This document shows, one piece after another, positions 56,688 through 64,000 of a DNA stretch of 64,000 bases. The stretch lies in the IMG/VR virus record IMGVR_UViG_3300027754_000035; one strand, given 5' to 3'. Both the position numbers and the translations under genes were made by a program. The notes under the pieces were generated by a model. That model had not been told where the DNA came from. It did no database searches and saw only the letters and a list, made by a program, of their open reading frames with translations. This stretch comes from a virus (lineage: Duplodnaviria > Caudoviricetes). Position 1 is the stretch's first letter; each line of letters opens with the position of its first letter.

Positions 56688-57755
56688 ATGAGCGGTTTCA
56701 CTTCCAATGAAAAAAAACGATTGTTCTCTTTGTTTGAGAACGTCAAGGAAGAGATCGGAGTTAACGGACTTCAAAAAACCGTTAACTCCGATGTTCTGCT
56801 GATTGATGGCTTGAATACTTTTATTCGATCTTTCATGGCAATTCCGTCGATGAATGCTGACGGTTTGCATACCGGCGGGATCGCAGGTTTTCTAAAAAGT
56901 GTGGGTTACGCAATTAAGTTGCTTAATCCAACAAGAGTCATTGTTGTGTTTGATGGCAACGGTGGCTCGCAAAAACGTCGCAAGATTTATCCAGACTACA
57001 AAAAGGGTCGTAAGACTCGTATTCGGTTCAACAGAACATATGATGAAATGACCAGTTCTGACATTGAACAGAAAAACATCAGATTGGAACTTTTGCGGTT
57101 GATCAATTATTTGGAGGTTTTGCCGTTGACCACAATGGCAATCGATAATATTGAAGCCGATGATACCATTGCGTATCTATCAGAACAAACATTCAAGGAC
57201 AGCAATGTATTCATTATGTCATCCGACAAGGATTTCTTGCAACTGGCAAGTGACAAGGTGAAATTGTGGAGTCCTACCAAGAAAAAGCTTTTCGGCTGCA
57301 AGGAAATTGTGGACGAGTATGGAATTAGTTGCGGCAACTTCATATATTACAGAGTAATGGAAGGTGATGCCAGCGACAATATTCCGGGTATTGAAGGAGC
57401 GGGAGCCAAGCGAATTCTACAAGCATTCCCGTTTCTTGCTGACGAACGAGTCACTTCTTTGCAGGAAATCTACAACTACGCAGAGAATAATAAAGGTAAA
57501 TACAAACTCTACGAGCGAGTATTGGAAAACAAACTCACGATGGAACGTAACTATGAATTGATGCAGTTGAAAGATACTCAAATTCAAAGTTTCACACAAC
57601 TTCGCATCGAAGAGATCATGCAAAAACCCACACCTCGCATCAACAAACTGGCATTCAGTAAATTGATCAATGAGGATAAAATGTGGAATAACCTACCGAA
57701 TTACAACGTCTGGCTCAGCGAGACGTGGGGCAAGGTTAACAGCTTCGTGCTGTAA
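56688..57755 (+). CDS. 5'-3' exonuclease / RNase H (FEN family)
   Basis: LIDGLN, VFDG, YPDYKKGR, EADDTIA, SSDKDFLQL, GDASDNIPGI. Confidence 0.92.
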   Translation: MSGFTSNEKKRLFSLFENVKEEIGVNGLQKTVNSDVLLIDGLNTFIRSFMAIPSMNADGLHTGGIAGFLKSVGYAIKLLNPTRVIVVFDGNGGSQKRRKIYPDYKKGRKTRIRFNRTYDEMTSSDIEQKNIRLELLRLINYLEVLPLTTMAIDNIEADDTIAYLSEQTFKDSNVFIMSSDKDFLQLASDKVKLWSPTKKKLFGCKEIVDEYGISCGNFIYYRVMEGDASDNIPGIEGAGAKRILQAFPFLADERVTSLQEIYNYAENNKGKYKLYERVLENKLTMERNYELMQLKDTQIQSFTQLRIEEIMQKPTPRINKLAFSKLINEDKMWNNLPNYNVWLSETWGKVNSFVL

Positions 57756-57786
57756 TTGTAAATTGTAAATTCAAACTTCATATACG

Positions 57787-57815
57787 TTGCACACAGCAAG
57801 CCTGTGGTGTACAGT
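57787..57815 (+). promoter_or_regulatory. sigma70-like promoter upstream of helicase
   Basis: TTGCAC-17 nt-TACAGT. Confidence 0.55.
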
Positions 57816-57853
57816 AACTAACATACGGTAACACAAGAACAAAAACAAAGAAA

Positions 57854-59242
57854 ATGAACGATACGCACATCATCGATAACTTAAAGAAATTTGGAAATGA
57901 ATTCCAGATCAAATGCATCTCCGGCTTAGTCAGTGACCGACCATTTATTGAACGTCTAGCAGACCTCGTTGAACCAGACTTTTTTGAAACCGATGCACAC
58001 AAGTGGATTGTGAAAGAGAGTATTAAGTATTTCAACGAATACCGCGATCTACCAACACTGAATGTTTTCAAGGTAAAAATGGATACCTTGACAAATGATG
58101 TGTTGAAGCAAAGCATTGTCAACAACCTCAAAGTTGTTTATATGAAGATGAATGATGGTGATCTTACATTCATCAAAGAGCAATTCCTTGAATTCTGTAA
58201 GAATCAGAAGCTCAAAATGGCAATCAGCGAAAGTATGGATTTGCTTGTCACGGGTGAATATGAAAAGATCAAGAGCAAAGTTGACGAAGCTTTGAAGGCT
58301 GGTATGGAGCGTAATCTGGGACATGCTTATGATGAAGATGTTGATAAGCGCATGTCTGTTATGGCTCGTAACGCAATCAAAACTAATTGGGAAGTTATTG
58401 ATAACTTGATGGATGGTGGACTTGGGCCGGGTGAACTTGGCATTATCACAGCGTGTGCGGGCAGTGGTAAATCGTGGGTTCTCAGCAAGATTGGTGCTGA
58501 AGCCATGAAGCAAGGCAAGAACGTTCTCCATTTCACTTTGGAATTGAATGAAAACTACGTGGGTCTGCGTTACGATGCTTGTTTCACTGGTATTGATTTC
58601 CAAAATATTCGCAACAATGTTGATATTGTCAAGCAGAAAATTGGCGAAGTTTCTGGTAAATTGAAGATCAAGTATTTTCCAATCAAGACCGTATCTGCAA
58701 ACAGCCTCAAGAATCATTGTGAGCGGATTCAAACACTGGGCACAAAAATTGATTTGATTATTGTTGATTATGCTGATATTTTGAGACCAATGCACAGTGA
58801 GCGCAACAGCAACAGTTACAGTGAAGCTGGTGGCATTTATGAAGAACTGCGTGGTGTTGCTGGTGAATTGCAAGTTCCTATTTGGAGTGCATCTCAAAGC
58901 AATCGTGCGGCAATGGACGAAGACATTATTCAAGCCAACAACATTGCTGATAGCTATCGTAAAATTATGACCGCCGATTTTGTTATGAGCTTGAGCCGTA
59001 AGGTGCAAGATAAGGTAGCTAACACAGCACGATTCCATATTATTAAGAATCGTTTTGGACCTGATGGTTTGACGTTCCCAAGCAAAATGAATGCTGGCTG
59101 TGGTCACATTGAAATTTTTGCAGAAAATAGCCGAGAAGGTGTTGCTCTTCAAAATGAAATGATGAATGGTGAAAACCAAGTCAAGAGTGTATTGAAGAAT
59201 AAGTGGAACGCACATAGCAGTTCCGAGGATGCTGACGAATAA
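57854..59242 (+). CDS. Replicative DNA helicase (DnaB/gp41-like)
   Basis: GGLGPGELGII..GSGKS, LHFTLE, IIVDYADIL, IWSASQSNR, KNRFGPDG. Confidence 0.93.
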   Translation: MNDTHIIDNLKKFGNEFQIKCISGLVSDRPFIERLADLVEPDFFETDAHKWIVKESIKYFNEYRDLPTLNVFKVKMDTLTNDVLKQSIVNNLKVVYMKMNDGDLTFIKEQFLEFCKNQKLKMAISESMDLLVTGEYEKIKSKVDEALKAGMERNLGHAYDEDVDKRMSVMARNAIKTNWEVIDNLMDGGLGPGELGIITACAGSGKSWVLSKIGAEAMKQGKNVLHFTLELNENYVGLRYDACFTGIDFQNIRNNVDIVKQKIGEVSGKLKIKYFPIKTVSANSLKNHCERIQTLGTKIDLIIVDYADILRPMHSERNSNSYSEAGGIYEELRGVAGELQVPIWSASQSNRAAMDEDIIQANNIADSYRKIMTADFVMSLSRKVQDKVANTARFHIIKNRFGPDGLTFPSKMNAGCGHIEIFAENSREGVALQNEMMNGENQVKSVLKNKWNAHSSSEDADE

Positions 59243-59352
59243 TGCATAGTCTGGCGATGCTAAAAGTTTAATAAAAAAATTAAAAAAACTGCTGATTAAA
59301 CATCAACATCGCCAGACTCAGCAGATAGTTATTTACCACCATCGAATAGATT

Positions 59353-61647
59353 ATGAACAAAGAAATTTTTATCAAAAAACGCAGCGGAAAAGTTGAAAAG
59401 TTTAATGCAGACAAAATCAACAAGATTCTGCAATGGGCTACAGAAGATATAAAAGGTGTAAGTTTTGAAGAAGTTGCTATGAATGCCCATCTGTCATTTT
59501 TTGATGGTATGAGCAGCAAGAATATTCACACAATGCTCACTGAGGCAGCATCCAATCTTATCAGTGAGGAAAAATCCAACTATCAATTTGTAGCAGCACG
59601 ATTGTTGAACTATCAGTTGCGCAAGGAAGTTTGGGGTGGTAAGAATCCTCCAAAGCTATATGATCTTGTCAAGGATAACATATCTCACTTGGTGTATGAT
59701 GATGCAATTCTGAATTGGTATACTAAACAAGAGTTTGATAAACTTGATGAATATCTTAAGCATGATCGTGATTTGAATTTTGCGTATGCTGGTATCAAAC
59801 AACTATGTGACAAATATCTTGTACAAAATCGTAGCACCAAGAAAATCTATGAAACTCCACAGTTTGCATACATGTTGATTGCTATGACCTTCTTTAAGGA
59901 TTATAAGGAGCACCGCCTTGAATATGTGAAGCGAGCATACAACTACTTTAGTAAACATAAAATCAATCTACCCACGCCAATCATGGCGGGTGTACGAACA
60001 GCAATGAAAAGTTATGCTTCATGCTCTCTTTTCACTGTGGACGACACACTACACAGTATATTTGCTAACAACAGTGCGGTAGGATTCGCAACCGCAAGTA
60101 GGTATGGTATTGGACTCAATTTGAGCCGTCTACGTGCCACTAACGCACCCATTCGTAATGGTGAAGTGATTCATACAGGTCCTATTCCATTTGCCAAAGC
60201 ATTTGAGTCAACCGTGAAGTGTTGTCACCAGAATGGTATTCGTGGTGGAAGTGCAACTGTAAACTTTGCATGGTTCCATTACGATATCATGGACATTCTG
60301 GTGTTAAAGAACAACGCTGGTACTGATGACAACCGAGTTCGTAAGTTGGACTACTGTGTTGGATTAGATAAACTAATCTTTGAACGTTTTTTGAAGAATC
60401 AAGATGTAACATTATTTAGTTATCATGAATGCCCATCGTTGTGGAATACTTTCGGATTGGAAGGATTCAAGGAAAAGTATGAGAAGGCTGAAGCCAATAA
60501 AAATCTCAAATTTAAGAAAAAAATACCTGCCCGTGAATTGATTGGTCTTCTTGCCAAGGAACGTCTGGAAACAGGCCGCATCTATACGATGTTTGTGGAT
60601 CACGCAAATGAACATGGAAGCTGGCTTGACCAAGTGGATACGAGTAACCTGTGCCTAGAAGTCAACCATCCTTTGATTCCTATTAGTGATGTTAATGATC
60701 CAAATGGTGAAATTGGCGTTTGTATTCTTGCGGCAGTGAATTGGCTCGAAATTGCATCTGAACAAGAAATGGAGAGTGTTTGTGATATTATTGTCAGAAT
60801 GCTTGATTCTTTGATTGAACACCAAAATTACTTTGTTCCAGCCGCCGAGAATTTTGCCAAGAAACGTCGCAGTCTTGGTGTTGGTGTTTCCAACTTGGCT
60901 GCTCTTCTTGCCAAGGAGGGTTTGAAGTATTGGGATCCCAAGGCTCCCAACTTTGTTGCCAAGTGGATGGAAATGATGAGTTTCTATTTGATCAAGGCTA
61001 GTGTTGAAATGGCAAAAGAACTTGGTAAGTGTGAGAAGTTTGATAGAACCAAGTTTAGTCAAGGTATTCTTCCAATTGATACTTATAAGAAAGACGTTGA
61101 TGAATTCATCACTGAACCTCTACATATGGATTGGGAAGGCCTGCGTAGCGACATCAAGCAGCACGGTATGCGGCACAGTACATTGACAGCGTGTATGCCG
61201 GTGGAATCGAGCAGCGTTATACAGAGTAGTACCAATGGTATTGAACCTCCACGTAGTGCCATCAGTTTCAAGGGAAGCAAAAGCAATATTTTACCAGTGG
61301 TAATTCCCAACATTGATAAATATAAGAACAATTATACTTTTGCATTTGATATGCCAAGTAACGAAGGTTATCTAAAGGTTGCAGCGGCAATTCAAAAGTT
61401 TACTGATATGAGCATCAGTACAAATACATACTATATTCCATCTCGCTATGAAAAGAATGCGGTACCTGTAGAGACTGTGATCAAAGACATGCTTTTGGCC
61501 TATAAGTACGGACTCAAGAATTTGTACTATGCAAACACTGATGATGGTGATAAGCAAAGTGCGATGGAACAAAAAGCAGTTGTGGAAAAACTACAACCAA
61601 AGCTGGAGCAAGAAAGTGGTTGTGAAAGTGGTGCCTGTGCCCTATAA
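59353..61647 (+). CDS. nrdA: Ribonucleotide reductase class Ia alpha subunit with ATP cone
   Basis: IKKRSGKVEKF ATP cone, PTPIMAG, SCSL, TSNLCLE, MPVESSS, GLKNLYY, C-term CESGAC. Confidence 0.96.
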   Translation: MNKEIFIKKRSGKVEKFNADKINKILQWATEDIKGVSFEEVAMNAHLSFFDGMSSKNIHTMLTEAASNLISEEKSNYQFVAARLLNYQLRKEVWGGKNPPKLYDLVKDNISHLVYDDAILNWYTKQEFDKLDEYLKHDRDLNFAYAGIKQLCDKYLVQNRSTKKIYETPQFAYMLIAMTFFKDYKEHRLEYVKRAYNYFSKHKINLPTPIMAGVRTAMKSYASCSLFTVDDTLHSIFANNSAVGFATASRYGIGLNLSRLRATNAPIRNGEVIHTGPIPFAKAFESTVKCCHQNGIRGGSATVNFAWFHYDIMDILVLKNNAGTDDNRVRKLDYCVGLDKLIFERFLKNQDVTLFSYHECPSLWNTFGLEGFKEKYEKAEANKNLKFKKKIPARELIGLLAKERLETGRIYTMFVDHANEHGSWLDQVDTSNLCLEVNHPLIPISDVNDPNGEIGVCILAAVNWLEIASEQEMESVCDIIVRMLDSLIEHQNYFVPAAENFAKKRRSLGVGVSNLAALLAKEGLKYWDPKAPNFVAKWMEMMSFYLIKASVEMAKELGKCEKFDRTKFSQGILPIDTYKKDVDEFITEPLHMDWEGLRSDIKQHGMRHSTLTACMPVESSSVIQSSTNGIEPPRSAISFKGSKSNILPVVIPNIDKYKNNYTFAFDMPSNEGYLKVAAAIQKFTDMSISTNTYYIPSRYEKNAVPVETVIKDMLLAYKYGLKNLYYANTDDGDKQSAMEQKAVVEKLQPKLEQESGCESGACAL

Positions 61648-61658
61648 TAAAAAATAAC

Positions 61659-62720
61659 ATGAAAACTGTACTGAACAAATCCAATATTGATGTAAATAAG
61701 AATCCTATGTTCCTAGGAGAGGATCTGTCTCTGCAAAGGTATGATCGCCAAAAGTATCCTAAGTTCTACGATTTGTATGACCAACAGTTGAACTTCTTTT
61801 GGAGACCACAGGAAGTTACGTTGGTCAAGGATATTACAGATTACAAGAATCTATCAGACGAAGAACGTTTTGTATTTGATAGTAATCTTAAGTTTCAGAC
61901 CGTAGTTGACAGTATGTTGAGTCGTAGTATTCATCAAATGATGCAACACGTTACAAATCCAGAATTGGAAATTTGTATGAATACTTGGAGTTTCTTTGAA
62001 ACCATTCATAGTAATTCATACACATATATTCTTCAAAACGTGTATCCTGATGCCACCAAGTTCTTTGATAGCATTCTTGAAGATAAGGAGATTGTCAAGC
62101 GAGCCAAAGCAATCAGTGAAAAATATGACGCTTTGCTTGCAAATGATAAAGACGACATTCGTCAACAAATTTTTGACGCATTGATAGCAACTCAGATCAC
62201 TGAGGGCTTGATATTTTATGTAAGTTTTGCGTGCAGTTTCTATTTTGGATATCGTGGTAAGATGGAGGGTAACAGTAAAATCATCAAGTTCATCAGCCGT
62301 GATGAAAACCTACACGTAGCCATCACACAAAATATTCTTAAACATCTTACAGACAATAAGGACGAGGGATTCCAAGATATTATCAAAAAGAGTGAAGACA
62401 AGGTATACGAGGCGTATAGAATTGCCGTGGAAGCTGAAAAGGATTGGGCGGATTATCTATTCAGCAAGGGCAGTCTTGTGGGATTAACAGCAGAAAGTCT
62501 CAAAGCATATGTTGAGTGGCTTGCCAACAACCGTTTGACAAGTATGGGATACAAGAAATTGTACCCAAATGCCAAAATAAATCCATTGGCTGGATGGTTG
62601 GATAGTTATTACGACAGCAAGAAACTACAGGTTGCACCTCAAGAAACTGAGTTGAGCAGCTACGTAAAAGGTGTTGATAACACCATTAGCGAGGGCGCAT
62701 TTGATGGATTTAAGTTATAA
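61659..62720 (+). CDS. nrdB: Ribonucleotide reductase class Ia beta subunit
   Basis: FFWRPQEV, ETIHSNSY, EGLIFY, RDENLH, APQETELSSY. Confidence 0.96.
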   Translation: MKTVLNKSNIDVNKNPMFLGEDLSLQRYDRQKYPKFYDLYDQQLNFFWRPQEVTLVKDITDYKNLSDEERFVFDSNLKFQTVVDSMLSRSIHQMMQHVTNPELEICMNTWSFFETIHSNSYTYILQNVYPDATKFFDSILEDKEIVKRAKAISEKYDALLANDKDDIRQQIFDALIATQITEGLIFYVSFACSFYFGYRGKMEGNSKIIKFISRDENLHVAITQNILKHLTDNKDEGFQDIIKKSEDKVYEAYRIAVEAEKDWADYLFSKGSLVGLTAESLKAYVEWLANNRLTSMGYKKLYPNAKINPLAGWLDSYYDSKKLQVAPQETELSSYVKGVDNTISEGAFDGFKL

Positions 62721-62773
62721 ATAATGCATCACTTTTGGGAATTGAGTCATATTTATATGATAGAATTATCTGT

Positions 62774-63439
62774 ATGAACGACAAACGCAACACCAACAAG
62801 TCCAATCGCACCAAATTGATAGAATCTCTTCGTAAGATTGTGCGTGAGGTTATTGAAGAAAAAAAGACCGACGTGGAAAAGACTTGGGCAGAAATGATGA
62901 CTAATCTCGAAAAGGAAATCAAGAAGCCAATCAAGTTGGACGACGCTGGTAATTACAATGTTTGTGAGTGTGAGCCACACCATATCAGTATTCGCCCAGT
63001 TGTACACGATATATTTGATTTGCAATACTTTAAGGATGGTGTAGACCGTACCAAAGTAATGTATCAGCCATACAGCGAGGTCAAGAAGTTGGTCAAGGCA
63101 TGGCTCAATTCCACTGCGCCAAATTATGTTGATAAGGCGTATGACCGAAATGTTGAGAATAGTAAAGACAAACAAGGTGGTAAAAAGGCGGATAGTGCCA
63201 GCGATGAACAGAATTTGATCAATCCGGAAAAGAACAATAAAGTCGTCAGAAACATCAAGGCAGAAAAAATGAATGATGAAATAGACGATCCAACTCAACC
63301 AATGCGTGCCGTTGGTAAGTTTGAAAAGTTGTCGGATTATAAGTCAAAGAAACCAGACTATACACCACCCACGTTACCAAAGAGTCTCCAAAAATTAGTG
63401 ATTAAATATACAAAAGGTGGCAAGAATCGTAAGAAGTAA
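62774..63439 (+). CDS. Hypothetical protein
   Basis: ATG 62774; LIESLRKIVREVIEE N-terminal segment. Confidence 0.55.
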   Translation: MNDKRNTNKSNRTKLIESLRKIVREVIEEKKTDVEKTWAEMMTNLEKEIKKPIKLDDAGNYNVCECEPHHISIRPVVHDIFDLQYFKDGVDRTKVMYQPYSEVKKLVKAWLNSTAPNYVDKAYDRNVENSKDKQGGKKADSASDEQNLINPEKNNKVVRNIKAEKMNDEIDDPTQPMRAVGKFEKLSDYKSKKPDYTPPTLPKSLQKLVIKYTKGGKNRKK

Positions 63440-63454
63440 TGTGAATATTGGTGT

Positions 63455-63483
63455 TTGACGTAACTTCTAATGTGTGTTAGACT
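63455..63483 (+). promoter_or_regulatory. sigma70-like promoter
   Basis: TTGACG-17 nt-TAGACT with extended TG. Confidence 0.65.
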
Positions 63484-63513
63484 GTTAGTGTAACAATACA
63501 AAAAAGGAAATCT

Positions 63514-63873
63514 ATGAAGAATTTTATTCTTGGTGCAGTATTATCCGCAGTTTTGGCAACCCAAACCGTCAAGGCCGGAGATCGTGAATGGGCTGTTGCT
63601 GGCAAGGTTTTGACTGGTGTAGCTGCAATCACCGTTATTGATAGAATTGTTAATCCACCACAACCAGTCGTGGTTTATCAACAACCTGTTGTGGTTCAAC
63701 CCGCACCAACAGTGGTATACGTTCCTGCCCCACAAGTTGTGTATGTGCAACCAACACCAGTTGTATATGTGCAACCAGCACCAGTTGTTTATTATTATTC
63801 ACAACCGGCTGTTGTTGTATATCCAAATCATTTTCACCCAGTAATGTATCACCGTTACGGTAGACATTGGTAA
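63514..63873 (+). CDS. Secreted/membrane Pro-Val-rich small protein (VYVQP repeats)
   Basis: Signal peptide ..TVKA/GDREW, hydrophobic helix, VVYVPAP/VVYVQP repeats; SD AAGGA. Confidence 0.7.
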   Translation: MKNFILGAVLSAVLATQTVKAGDREWAVAGKVLTGVAAITVIDRIVNPPQPVVVYQQPVVVQPAPTVVYVPAPQVVYVQPTPVVYVQPAPVVYYYSQPAVVVYPNHFHPVMYHRYGRHW

Positions 63874-63896
63874 GCAATTCAAATAGTATGTTAAAC

Positions 63897-63924
63897 ACCA
63901 CCAACAAAAGTTGGTGGTTTTTTT
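63897..63924 (+). terminator. Rho-independent terminator
   Basis: ACCACCAAC-aaaa-GTTGGTGGT-TTTTTT. Confidence 0.88.
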
Positions 63925-63933
63925 ATTTTCCCA

Positions 63934-63961
63934 TTGACAGATTTACAACTTGTGTTATTCT
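63934..63961 (+). promoter_or_regulatory. sigma70-like promoter for the next (truncated) gene
   Basis: TTGACA-16 nt-TATTCT with extended TG. Confidence 0.6.
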
Positions 63962-64000
63962 TATGGAAGTAAAACAACACACGATATGAGCAAAAAGACT

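Noticed and set aside
58049-59215. 388-aa antisense ORF over the helicase
   Set aside because: Fully overlaps a clearly conserved DnaB-like gene, has no motifs or promoter, and is explained by codon bias of the sense strand. The same applies to the many other antisense ORFs in the track.
1-64000. Alternative genetic code (TAG/TGA recoding), as in some jumbo phages
   Set aside because: Core genes are full length in code 11, and TAA, TAG (e.g. 32513) and TGA (e.g. 7703) all act as real stops.
1-64000. tRNA genes, introns or inteins near cca, terL, nrdA/B, recA and helicase
   Set aside because: No cloverleaf/TTCGA pattern was recognised in intergenic regions, and these proteins are of normal length with no intein C/HN motifs or interrupting stops.

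Overview
This window is 64 kb of a large lytic myovirus (jumbo-type phage with T4-superfamily morphogenesis genes), read in the standard genetic code, with almost all genes on the + strand. Head module: terminase, portal, prohead protease, scaffold and major capsid. Neck, tail and baseplate module: gp13/14/15-like proteins, a 1330-aa sheath, tube, tail assembly chaperone, tape measure, baseplate proteins. Replication, recombination and nucleotide genes: RuvC, primase, an Mre11-Rad50 single-chain fusion, a divergent PolA domain, gp32-like SSB, RecA/UvsX, 5'-3' exonuclease, helicase, NrdAB. Standout observations: (1) a contiguous RNA-end-processing island (2H phosphoesterase, CCA-adding enzyme with HD domain, a second Pol-beta nucleotidyltransferase, cupin, HAD phosphatase); (2) a shared N-terminal MIKL..L..E tag on several of these enzymes, suggesting capsid packaging and injection; (3) a start-less +1-frame ORF between the tail chaperone and the tape measure, implying a programmed +1 frameshift; (4) two Mom-like GNAT DNA-modification domains, one fused to a nuclease; (5) a late-promoter-like TATTTATA motif that is the exact reverse complement of the T4 late promoter; (6) a u-spanin-like lipoprotein. 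No tRNA, rRNA, integrase or CRISPR array was found. All functional calls come from motif recognition by eye; no database searches were run.
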